In this document: piece by piece, positions 37,271 through 49,967 of the stretch | Layout of the letters: each line of letters opens with the position of its first letter | Numbering within the stretch: position 1 is the first letter of the stretch | Source of the DNA: Octopus bimaculoides | Lineage: Eukaryota | Direction: 5' to 3' | Assembly: GCF_001194135.2 (NCBI RefSeq) | Contig: NC_068999.1 | Coordinates: 13,373,837-13,437,836, forward strand | DNA: 64,000 nt | Translations under genes and position numbers: made by a program | The notes under the pieces: model-generated | Seen by the model: only the letters and a program-made list of their open reading frames with translations | Databases searched by the model: none | Told to the model about the DNA's origin: nothing

Positions 37271-37954
37271 TAAACAGAAATAAATGTAGGAAGTTCTATC
37301 GAAATCTATTAGAAGTGAGATGTGCAACAACAAATATATTTGTAATGATGCTAGTTATGATAATGAGGAAGATGACAATCAGGAGGAGGGGTAGGCTGTG
37401 GAAGATGGGGAGTTTAAGGAGTTGGCGGAGTTTGTAGATGAGGAAGAGAATAAATCAAAGAGACCGTAGTAAGAACATACTGAATTATCAGTGAAAACAT
37501 ATCAAGAGTAAGAAGTATAATAATCTAAAAAAATATGATTAAACGATGTTAAATACGAAATTGATGGGAAAATATTATATTTTCCCTGCAATGTTATTGT
37601 CATTATTCAAAGCACGAATTCTCAGCAAATTTAAGCAATTTATATTGAGTGGATACTGAGAGGAGATATTTCTCAAACTGGATTGAAATTTTATTTCACT
37701 AGTGCTTTTTCATTCATTTTGATTATAATTTTACATATACACCACTAATGTTACCTAGAATATATTGTTCATGAATTTCCTTCTAAAATTTTGAATATAG
37801 CTCCATGTGATTAAAATCGATTACACTTTAATAGTCTGCAAGTCTTAGTAAGTGATAGAACGAAAGAAGTGTCATTAGGAATACTGTGTTTAAACCACGT
37901 AATTTGCTCCTGCACTAAAGACAGTAAATGCAAAACAATGAAATATTTATGTGT

Positions 37955-38090
37955 AGTTGTGTCTGTGTGGTAGGAAGCTTGATTACTCAAGCCATGTTTC
38001 CGGGTTCAGTCGTACTGTGAGATAAGCTGCACGGTATCTTCTACAAAAGCCTTGGGTAGATCAAAGACTTACGAGAGTATTTGGTCCACA
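37955..38090 (+). mobile_element. SINE family A head, degenerate
   Basis: GTCTGTGTGGTAGGAAGCTTG..CCGGGTTCAGTCG (A/B-box-like). Confidence 0.7.
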
Positions 38091-38159
38091 TTCCTTTTAC
38101 AAATTAATTGAAAACAGCGGTACATGTCTTACATTAATGAGAAAATGAAAGTAAATACT

Positions 38160-38800
38160 CATATTTCAACGTAATCACCGTTGGTGTAAGCCATGTTGCT
38201 GAATCGGAAAGGGATAGTATGATGAAACGTCGTCTGTTATATCATTAAGAACCTCTTGAATCCGTGTCTTCAAGTCCTCCAGTACGCGAGGCTTGGTCTT
38301 GTACACCTACTTTTCTGCGTAATCGCAAAGGTAAAACATGCTGGGAGGGAAATCTGGATTTCTTGGAGATCTGGAGTTTGAACATTTGCGGTCACAGACT
38401 TCAGGTTTTAGCTTCTGCACGTAATGCGGTTTCCACGGATGAAAATGTAATTCTTTATGCAACACAGTACACATTATCTGTCTTTGTAGTCCATTTTCAC
38501 GAGCTGCTTAACGTGTTGATTTTTGAGGGCTGCGATTAAATTTTTCCTGCACTGTTTCTACGTTCTCCATTGAGCAGACGTGAGTGGGCAGCTTTGAATG
38601 ACAATTTTTATTATCTCAGGAGGTACTTTTGCACGTGTAACTTTCCATGGACGCCTCAATCTCTCAACCAAATCAATGGAACTCCACAATTCATCGCATG
38701 CTGCTATCATAGCTCATTCTTTAACAATCAACCGACCGGTCATCTAGAGAAAAAGAACTATGACTAAATGTTAATAGAAATCCCCATTAGTGTTGTCTGT
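38160..38800 (-). mobile_element. Tc1/mariner superfamily (rosa/maT-like) deletion derivative
   Basis: Minus strand: LIVKE*AMIAACDELWSSI..SMENVETVQEKFNRSPQKSTR*AARE..LHKELHFHPWKPHYVQKLKPEVCDRK, joined at ~38380 to RSPRNPDF..FYLCDY..VYKTKPRVLEDLKTRIQEVLNDI..NGDYVEI*. Confidence 0.85.
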
Positions 38801-39098
38801 TTAAAAATTGCTTTCGTCATGACTTCAGTGATACTAAAATTTCTAGAAGCAATTTCTAATACCTAGTAACATTCCAGCAGCGCTGTATAAACATTTTTAT
38901 TACAGCTACCAAAACACCAACTGCTACGCAGAATTTCACATTCCTGTTCGTCGAACAATAATGATACAACGTGTACCACAAATGCCCGAAAACATGAGTA
39001 ACAGGTCTTCGCTCTTTTTGGTTCTGCGGGTTTATTAATAAGGATATCTCTCTATGTTGGTCGTTCGACTTCTCTTATTTCAACCTTATTTTCAATTT

Positions 39099-39167
<69 letters not shown>

Positions 39168-39974
39168 NNNNNNNNNNNNNNNNNNNNNNNNNNNNNNNNN
39201 NNNNNNNNNNNNNNNNNNNNNNNNNNNNNNNNNNNNNNNNNNNNNNNNNNNNNNNNNNNNNNNNNNNNNNNNNNNNNNNNNNNNNNNNNNNNNNNNNNNN
39301 NNNNNNNNNNNNNNNNNNNNNNNNNNNNNNNNNNNNNNNNNNNNNNNNNNNNNNNNNNNNNNNNNNNNNNNNNNNNNNNNNNNNNNNNNNNNNNNNNNNN
39401 NNNNNNNNNNNNNNNNNNNNNNNNNNNNNNNNNNNNNNNNNNNNNNNNNNNNNNNNNNNNNNNNNNNNNNNNNNNNNNNNNNNNNNNNNNNNNNNNNNNN
39501 NNNNNNNNTATATATATATATATATATATATATATTTACACATTCATATTTCTATCTTCAATATATTTATCTTCAATATTTTTTTTTAGTACTCTGAAAA
39601 TGTTTATGAAATTCAGTGTGAATCTTGTATGGTAAAGTTCATGTACAATAGTTCAAATTCTTTTTCCTGTCTGAACTTTATATTTTTAAAGTACATTTTT
39701 TGAAGTAGTGCACAAATGTTTGTTATGAGCATTTCTGAGTGTGTAGGTATGCATGTGCATCAAATATGTCAAAATTCTAAAAAAGATATTACTGAAAAAT
39801 CATTATATTTTAAAATATTTAAAAACTTAGATATGTATATGGTTATCCGATGTTTCATCAAACCATGGGGGTCTTAAATACAATTTCATAGATAGGAAAT
39901 CTGAGGCAGATTAGTGTCGTATGCATTTGTTTCAATAATACTTATTCGATTAATCCGGTGAACTGGGTGGATAA

Positions 39975-40157
39975 TTAGCACGCCAGCCAATATGCTAAGC
40001 GGCATTGCCCCAGTTTCTACTTCCAAATTCAGATTCCGCCGAATTCCACTTTCATTCATTTGAGAACGGTAAAATGAGTACCAGTTGTGGACTGAGGTAG
40101 ATTTGATTGACTTACACTTCTCAACTACATCTTGTTGGCCTTGTGCCAAAATTTGAA
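39975..40157 (+). mobile_element. SINE family B copy
   Basis: TTAGCACGCC..GCTAAGCGGCATT..TTCAGATTCCGCCGA..GAGTACCAGTTG..GGCCTTGTGCCAAAATTTGAAA. Confidence 0.75.
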
Positions 40158-40189
40158 ATCACTATTACACATTTGACGAAGGCTGCGTT

Positions 40190-40300
40190 CTGGCAGGTTC
40201 AAAAGCACGCCGAAAAGCATAACAGCAATTTGTCCATCTTCATGTTCTCAGTTTCAATTCCACCGAGGACGACTTTGACTTTCCTCGTTTCAGCAATGAC
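40190..40300 (+). mobile_element. SINE family B head, degenerate, in tandem with the previous copy
   Basis: CTGGCAGG..AGCACGCCG..TTTCAATTCCACCGAGGACGACTTTGACTTTC. Confidence 0.65.
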
Positions 40301-40526
40301 GAATCTTCTTTCCATAAGCTTGTTGAGAGAAAGGATACTCAAATGTTTGGGTATATCAAATTATGACGCCTGATTTGGGCGTATTTAATGCCATGACTTT
40401 CCTAGTTATTTCTACAGCGTTAAACTAAACAGGCGGTGCGTTATTGAAGTAACACTTTTATTTCATTATAGACAGGAATATTACCATTGAGATTTCTGTC
40501 TATACCATAATTCATGTATATATATG

Positions 40527-40548
40527 GGGAGAGAGAGAGAGAGTGAGT

Positions 40549-40590
<42 letters not shown>
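40527..40590. repeat. (GA)n microsatellite
   Basis: Direct reading. Confidence 0.95.
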
Positions 40591-41627
40591 TGTTTCTGGA
40601 GGCTTGGAGGTTCAAAATAGTTATTGTAATTGATTCCATCACTGGATAATACTAGCCTTCCTCTTCAGGGAACAATTATATATCTGAAGTGTTGACAGTA
40701 AGTAGATTAAAGACGTATATATATATATGGCTGACACTTGTATTGTTATTCTATTATATTTTAAACTTACTTCTTATGCGAACTCATCTGAGGATTAACT
40801 AACATTTGCTGTGATAGTGTGATACAGTATTCCTTGTAATGACCCTATAATTGCCAGAGACTTTGGAGACTTTAGTTAGCATTTCTGTGATGTATAATAA
40901 AAGACAGTAACATACATTTGTCCACTCTCGAAGTATATATTGGTATATTGTTTGTTCTTACTGATTTGTGAAAATGTAGAAATTTCCAGGCGTGTCTGTT
41001 AATGCCAATATTTATATCATTTTAATATGATATATTTTTTTTTTCCATTTCTGCTACTGTGTTTATTGATGTATTATATCAGAGATAGTATCACAAAAAT
41101 GTACAATACTCAAGACGAATAAATTTGCTCTAAGTTTAAGTGTTATTGCTTATTTCATTGAACCAATTAATGACAGATTTCGTACTGATATACTCAATGA
41201 AATGTGTTTCTTTATCAACATTATTTACGATCACTATACTAACCACGTCTATGAATCGTTTTGAAGGATCGTTAATATACATTCAATGTTAAAGGTGAAA
41301 ATACTGCTTTGGTCATTAAGTGTAAAGTACGTTTTACTTTCATGTAAAATTAGAGATAGTGAGCTATGATATTTACATTGCGAATGTTTTATGTAATAAG
41401 AAATTTTAACAGTTTTGTATTATTCGAAATAAGTTAATTGTTACTTCAGTAGTGAATATTTTGTCACAGAAACCAATGTTTGGAGGGACAAAGAATTGTG
41501 TGTTTTTTATGTCGGTTTAATATCTATATCATTGATTGGTCGAGTAATTCAGAGATGTTTTGTCATTGTTCATAGCAGATAAAATAATTCCCGAGAATTT
41601 GAGTTCATTACTACAGAATGGGAAATA

Positions 41628-41670
<43 letters not shown>

Positions 41671-43869
41671 AAATTATAAATGTGAAGAAAGATGATGTAC
41701 CAATCTGAGGAGCATTGATGATTATTATTATTATTATTATTATCGACAGCGTCAGATAATCAAATTAACATATATTTCGTAGAGGAAAACACAGAAGGAC
41801 AATCCAATCCCTGCACATCATCGTTCAAATCACGCACAAATACGCCATAACATATATCAACCTCATACATTGATGTCAACACCTAAATATTTATCGCTGT
41901 ACACTTAACATGATGTCTTATGTACTCATGATTATAAAACAACCGAACTTTTGATAGCAAGCTCGTCTCGTTTGCTATAAATGCTATAAAACAAATGCAA
42001 AGTATAATTAAATCCAGCTTCTGTATATAATTTTATATGCGCGGTAATATTCAGATATCCCTTCTGAACAATAGGTTAGCTTAACAGTTGACAATTTTGC
42101 GAACGGCCGAAACCCTTAAATATTTTTGTTATACATAAACATGGCAGGAATTATACATTGAATAAATGTGTGTATTGTATAATACCTTTAATTTAAATTT
42201 ATGAGTTAGTTTATACGATATGAATTTGAATGAAAATGTTTCACCACCTGAGGTTTGATTAATGCACAATGATCTTTAATTGATCTTTGCCACAACTAAT
42301 CAATTCACAATCTAACAGTTTCTTCCATCTTGAATTGAACAATTCCTAATAAGAGTATTCCGAAAATTTCATTCTCAGGAATATTGCATCTGAATAGTAC
42401 CAAATAGCTTTACTTCAGTTAAAGACAATAGATGAAGTTTTTAATTAGTTCGTTATGTATGGGAGATAAATGTATATGGAAATTTCAGATTGATGTTCAT
42501 GCTTAAGTACTATCAATGATTGTCTTTATCATCGGAAACCAGCCTGCATAAGAATTTCCATGAGAAGATGAAATACATTTTGAAATATATTTCGTATTAC
42601 TATTGGGATGTTTAGTTCAATGACATTCTTGTTTCAGGAGATTTAAAATTCCAAGCTTTTCAGAGGTACCCATACTTCAGAATGTGCAGATTTAGCATAC
42701 CTAGAATGTTACAACTCCAGAGGACAATTTTATCTCTAATATGCATTAATCTTATAATTTGGTCGTGTCGTAGCATGGATGATAATTCTGTAGTAATAAT
42801 AACACGCCAAACTTATAAATATCTCTGTGAAAATCAAACAAAAGGAGGATATTTATGGACAACTGCTTCGAAACATCAAACTTCTATATCTAAACTATGA
42901 ATTCATATAGAAATAATTACTGGAACACTAGGTTTTGTTAGTAAATGTTTAAAGGAGAACTTGGATATACTCTGATTTTCAGAAAGAAATCGACCGGCTA
43001 ATCCGTACATTACAAGAGCAATGTGTGAGTAGAACAGTAAACATATGCACGACTTTTCTCAAGTTCCAAATGTGAATGTGTCTGTGTTAACTACATCTGA
43101 AAGACGGAGCCGTGTATGTTTGTTTGAACCTCAGTCGAAAATGTATTATATATATACATATATATATATAGTAATAAATCTTCAATTATTCCTCCAGAAA
43201 AGATATTTCTTTCTAAATTCTGATATATTTCCTCAGAGTGCAACGAACGAGTAATTTTGTTCTACCATCCTGTTGGTTAGCATAACCGTTTCGGTATTCT
43301 ATTATCTTTCTCGTGTCCATACATAAATTTAGACATGCATATATAACACAAATATTTTAGTTATACATTATTATAGTTAAAATCAGTTTCGTATATTTAT
43401 TACTATTAGTTATCGTATTAAATTAATTCCATAGACATAATTTATAATTTCTCAAAACTCCATTATTTACCTGCTCAAGGAATCCCTTATACGCGTGTTC
43501 ACAGTCGTGGAGGGTTCCCGAAAGCGATAGACATCATACGGATTGAAGAGGATATTTTTCGATACTGATATTATTAATATCTAGAATGTCTTAGAATAAA
43601 CATCCTGTAAATAAAAAAATGCATAAATTACGGTCAAGAAATGTCATCTTTCCATCCGACATATGGATTATGCAAGTAGTTTTCGAGAAGAAAATATCTC
43701 ACGTCAGACAAATTGCAATCCAGGAAAAATGCAATTATATAAATATTCAATACCCATGCGCATATAATTTGATTCACGTCAATTTCCAATTTGTATAACT
43801 CCCTATGGCAGCTTCTCAGCAATATCCATGTGTGGAGAAAGGCTGTGCAGTAGCAAAATACAACACCCA

Positions 43870-43911
<42 letters not shown>

Positions 43912-44399
43912 AACACACACACACACACACTCGCACAAAATGCACAGAAACATACACACCTAAATACACACACACTCACACACAAACACACAGATAAGCA
44001 CACAAACAACACACACAAATACTCACACACGCGCACACACACAAACAAAGAGAAACCCACACATATTCTGCTGTGAAATAATCAAAGAAATGTTGATATA
44101 GACAGGATCAGCGTGAGAAAATTATAGATTATTTATGTCATAAACCTGAGTTCCAAACCGCCGTTGATTATTCAACAATACATCAAGCCCTTACTCGAAA
44201 GAAATGGCATAAATATCTTCTAAATATGATGAAACATGTAATTGAGTAAAACTTATAATACATGCACGACTGGAAGACATGGGGAAATTAGGCAAGCGTT
44301 GCATGTATTATGGTGATTGTGTCCCGGTAAAATAAACAAAACAAAATATCAACGAAATGCGTGATAGGCAAGAGAGATGGCTTCGGTGTAACCACGGGG

Positions 44400-44790
44400 A
44401 ACCTGGCACTCAGTGAGAAACACCGGTAGCACCTCGTAGAAGAACGGCTAAAATAAAACGGTTGACGAATATAAGCAATCTCCTAAAGCGGGGAATCCTA
44501 TTACGGAAGGACTCTGCTCCTACAGAGAAGTAAACAACTTCTACTAGGTTTAGATGCACTACAAAGGTGAAATGGAGAGAAGATTGGCCGAGCATATTAA
44601 TGGACATTGTTGGGAATATAGGGATCAAAGACAAACCTTGATACTCTCCATGCCAAAGAACAACATGGTAGTGTGCTGAACCGAATTACCATAGAATTCC
44701 CGTCTAGACACCCAGACGACGCAGCCCTACGAGAGATACAAGTGCTCAGTCTTGATAAAAGAAAGACGACCAGTCTTAAATAGTAGATGC
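44400..44790 (+). mobile_element. Penelope-like GIY-YIG endonuclease fragment (second family), degenerate
   Basis: GNPITEGLC..HYKGEMERRLAEHINGH (Y.GET.R.L.ER..EH)..HAKEQHG..LREIQ..LIKERRPVLNSR (P.LN.R). Confidence 0.55.
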
Positions 44791-45636
44791 TCTAAGTGGC
44801 ACATGCCTTACAGCCACCAATGGATACATAGGCACATACACTCCCGCCCACACGGACGCACACAATAACGCATACGCAGAGACATGGAAACGTGCAGACA
44901 GAAGTACACACGCGCACAAAAACACACAGTAACAAACACACATAAAGACACCATGAGACACAGACACACACTTACACGCACTCACACGTACATGCAAGCA
45001 CAGACTCACACGATTGTACATATATGAGCATACGCACGCATACACATGCTCATTCTCACGTGCAGATACATATCAATTTATTCAACATTTATCAAACAGA
45101 GAAGATGGTTTTAACTTATTTGCATGAACGTGTTCGTTTCCGAAGAAAACAAAGAGGAAAGGAAAACCGCTATCTTATGTATATGAAAAATTACATAGCC
45201 AGTATTTAAAACACACACACAATCATATACGGATGCACCCCAATGCTGGAACATGTGTTCAAAAGAAATGGAAGTAGAGAGACGTGTCTCTGAAGAGATT
45301 GCAACAATGCGATGAAACAATTATTTGACAAAAACAGAAATGACAACACTAAAAATATTGAACATTTGAACGATTAACTGTTTCACCAAAGTATGTAACA
45401 TATGAGTTTGAAAAACTAGTAAATACCAGATGATAGATAAATTAGTAAACGGAGTAAGTAACACAGTAACTATCAATAACAATAAAGGATCGAACCAGTG
45501 CATATGCTAATTTTGACAGCCTTAATGCCTCTCCCAAGATTCAATAGTTTATATATATACATATATATATGTGTGTTTGTGTGTGTGTGTCTGTGTGTGT
45601 TTGTGTGGGTGTGTGTGTGTGTGGGTGTGTGTGTGG

Positions 45637-45667
<31 letters not shown>

Positions 45668-48600
45668 CCGACACGGCAATGTCAACTGGCCTTTACTTTG
45701 TGTGTGAGTCTGCGTGTGTCTGTGTGTTTATTTATTTAGTCTGTCTATTTTGAAATATTATTTCGAGACATGCGTCGTCGCACGTGCATCAAATATGTTT
45801 TGGAACTTATATATATCATGTATTGTTATACAATTCTTTTCCCATTGATATAGACTAAAGTAGTTATCAATGTTTAAACCCGTAGCAAAGTGTTTCTCTT
45901 GAAAATCGATTTAGATTAAAATAATACCAAACACCTAGTTTGCCTAAGATTAAGACGAGTTTTTCAGATAGGAAATAAGTAAGGGTTATTCATTCCGTTC
46001 ATGAAAGTGAAGCAGCCATTGTCCTAGTCATACCTGCCGACGATTATTGCCGCTCTTGCTCTCAAATTCTGGTCTATCTATTTCACAAAATTATGTCTAC
46101 ACTGATCTTGTGAGTGAAAATCAGTTCAACTTACACTTTGATCATAAAACGCATCATGGAAGAAAATGTCTAGTATTGTTTGTGGACTTTCATGATCTAG
46201 TTGATTTTTCCCCTCAAGTCGTCATTAAAACAGGGATTGCTATAGAAACAGGATAGTTAATGACAAGATGGCACCTCGTAATTATCAATGAATGAGCATT
46301 GGTTTGCACCCACTGATAAATATTAATCTTTACGCAAAGTAGGTCTTCGCACGAAAAATTCTATTGTTTGTGTTTCGGTAAATATGTTGCGTGTCGTTTA
46401 TTATGAATTGTTGAACCAAAGCTAAAGAGCTAAAATGTGAAATTTGTATCCTCATTACAAAGCATCAGAGAAAATTAACAAAAGATCACTCCAAATATTG
46501 CAGAAATTAGGAACGAATATTATAGTATTAAATATGCAAACTTTCTTTTTGTGACTTATTCTCCTTACGTTGTTCCATTTGATTATCTTGTTTTGTGATC
46601 ATTTAGCAAGTCACAATAGGGAAATCAGACTATCTACGTAAGGGATAATGAATTAGTTCATAACAGTAGGTTAAACATAATATTGCTGTTATCATTGTCC
46701 TTTGTTTTGTTTTTTTTGTTTTTTTTTACTGTTGTTACACGACAGACTTGAAAACGAAGGATCGACACTTTGATGAATACATGGCAATCGAGTATTAAAT
46801 AATTCATTATCCCTTACTGTGCAAAGTAATGCACACACACACATACATCCTTGCATGCCTTCTGTTCTATGAAGTAAAGCTTCAGTTATTTAACCCCTAT
46901 TAAACAAAGCTTTCGATCAGTCAGGGAATTTTCTGTTTCAATCTTTAAGACAAAAGAAATAGGTTTTCATTCAAATGAAATATCCCCCGTTAAAGATAGA
47001 ATTTCGTTGATGGTTGAAATATCTATGCATATTGTCATCTATATTCAACCGAACTGCCTAAATATCAATTCCCATATTCAGATGTACGAATCTCCTCTGC
47101 AAAGTGTTCTTGAATGATACAGAATTGTGGATGATGGTTATTGAAAGCTCTCACAAAAGAATTGTTCTAATGTATTACAGAACGTAAAATTTCAAAGCAG
47201 AGCTCACACTTCGAAACAGATGTATGTCAGATGATGCATGTTTAATGCTAGATATACTTGAATTTATAACTCTCCATAGGAAATCGAAAGAGCAAAAGTA
47301 TTGTTTACGAAAATATAAGTATAATCATAAATAGAATTATGCATTACTTCTAATTATGAATATATGCGTAACAAATTTTGTTTGTACTGCTGACGGTTTC
47401 ACTGAAATAAAATTTTGTTGCTTGCAAAATGTTCACCATCCCATTCCACGCACAAATAAATGAAATACTTTAAAAGAATATATTTGAATGCAATCCCAGG
47501 AACTTGATTCACATGACAACAACAGTATGCATACAATAATTACCTTCTACGCATTCCAATCTGTTTCTAATTGAACATATGTCACCCGTCAAGAAGGTAG
47601 GAAAACAACCAAAATGGAAGAGGGGAATAAAGTTTGAAACTTTCCATTGAAAGAAGTAATATGTAAGGTTATGCCAACATCTTTAAATCCCACGTCACGT
47701 AAGAAATTGAGTACACGTTATTAAATGATTATACACCACTTAGGAATGTCACACACACAAACACGCACACTCACACTGACACACGCACAGAGTCACAGGC
47801 ACAAACACGTATATATATATAAAATTAAGTAAGCAGAAAATGGAGAAACCTTTAGCTCAACAAACAAACAATTTGAACAACATCGGTTAATTTATTTTAA
47901 TACAAAACATAATCAACCGATGTATATCAATTTGGTTGTTTGTTGATCTAAAGTTTTCACCATTTTCTGCTCATTTAAATTTGATTCCAGATAAAGTTTT
48001 CTTTATTCAGTTATTAACGTACCCTATGATCATAGCGTCCTTGCATACGCATGCCCAGGAATAGTACAGGTAAATGATACCGGTAGCAAGTACGGATATT
48101 CTTATCTCTTAGCTTGGAGAGTATAGCAGTGTGATCTGCATTTCAGGACGCTATTCCACACCTGAACAATTGGGTAAGACATATATAGGACGAGCATGAA
48201 ATTAAATAATTAGATGAAAGAAGAATATATAGATAGAATTATCGAGAGATATGAGATTGCTTTAACGATGGAACTTGAAGGAGTTAATACTACAAATCTG
48301 AAATATTAGCTTGGAATTAATGGAAAAAAGACCGTGGATAGAGAGACAGTGAAGGTAGTTGTAAAGAAATATCAGTACTCGCCAAATATTAAGTATGTTT
48401 TAGATGAGATCTACTGCACGACACTGATTATATATTATATAAAATGAAGCCAATATCATCAGATGATATCGGAAAACTAACGCAAATCCAGTAATTTGTA
48501 CCTAATGCTATTTACTGATACTTGTGATGTAGTATGTTAGTATAATTGCTATATGTGTGAAATCTTATCAATGTCTCACATAAATTTTTAAAAGAAACGA

Positions 48601-49779
48601 ATATATTCAATTTCAATTTAGTTTTGCTGTAATATCTTTTAAGTGAATCATTACAAATTACAATAACAATACCTGAAATAGAAAAAAAAAATCACTCAAA
48701 TCATCACGCAGATACATCCTCATGTACAAGTGTGTTGTGTGTATGTGCGAAATATATTTTGTAATTATAAAATGCGTTCCAACTTTTCTGATAGCGTTGT
48801 TTTATTTTACAAATACAATCTTTTTTTTCTGTTCGAGCACTGATTTGACATCCTCAGTAGTCAATTACTCACGTGAAATTTAATTCAGGTGTTGATATTC
48901 AATTTAATTGCTGTCTTGTCTCTAAATGTCGCGTGTAATTTTGTATAATTACACACTTTAAATGGAAATTATTGTCTAGAGAAAACACATCATGAACATA
49001 TTGCCATCAATTTTCATTTCACATTTTCAGAAAACTTCAGAGAAATGAAGTTATGTAACACATAAGAAATTTTTCTGAAAAGTCAAAATACTTTTCTTGT
49101 CAAATGTATCCTTTTCACCAACCTCTCTACAAGAATTAAAAGAAAATACACAGATAGACTTACAACAATTTTGATCGTTCTCGAGAACTATATAATCTTG
49201 GAAATTATTTATAATACGCAGCGTTCCATACAATATTAAGTTATTCAATAGTGGCTTAGTAATACGACGCATTAAGCAATTTTCGATACACCGAAAGACA
49301 TATCTGCACCAATATTTGTGAGAACAGACGAGAATATATCAAATGTTGTAGTCAACCCTAAATCGTAGATTTAATCACACACGTAGACACATTCCTTTGT
49401 TTCATGTTAATGAAATAGTTTCTTCTTCAAATAAGTTATATCATATCATATAGGATAAGTATAAATCGATTCGATTCTTATTCCATGCACGTGAAATACT
49501 GACCAGTGCATTGCTTCCCCAATGTTACCGAGCTGAAATGGTTTCACCAATCTATCAAATGTGAAAAATCATTCACAATCATACCAAACTATCTTGATAT
49601 CTCTACAAAACGAACAAAATTGGCACGACACAAAATTCCGTCGAATGCACTTTGAAGCCGTTAAAATTCTTATAAAAACAATATTAAATATTCATTACAT
49701 GGAAAGAGATATATTCTTTTATCCTTGAACGATGAACTGCAGAGGCACCTCTCTACATAATGGCTTCAAATTTTGGCGA

Positions 49780-49967
49780 AAGACAAGTAAGTACGGGAGA
49801 ATGGTTAAGTCGATTTCATCGAGCCCACTATTCAAAAGGCATTTATTTTATTGACCCCTAAAGGGAAAATCAGCCTCAGCGGAATTTGAACTCAGCACAT
49901 CAAGATGGACAAAATACCACCAAGCACTTCACCTGGCATGCTAACGTCTCTGCCAGCCGCCGCTTGG
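49780..49967 (-). mobile_element. SINE family B copy
   Basis: GTCGATTTCATCGAGCCC..GCGGAATTTGAACTCAG..GCTAACGTCTCTGCCAGCCGCCGC. Confidence 0.8.

Noticed and set aside
40669-40697. 29-nt candidate micro-exon with strong AG/GTAAGT sites
   Set aside because: It cannot be linked in frame to another exon, and isolated splice-like pairs are expected by chance.
42637-42900. ORF with a signal-peptide-like start after an acceptor-like site
   Set aside because: No recognisable homology and no convincing downstream donor or partner exon.
45280-45335. CTGAAGA-G-ATTGCA-ACAA-TGCGAT-GAAAC hammerhead-like core
   Set aside because: Stem II is plausible, but stem III and the NUH site are broken and stem I has a mismatch at the junction. 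It could be chance.
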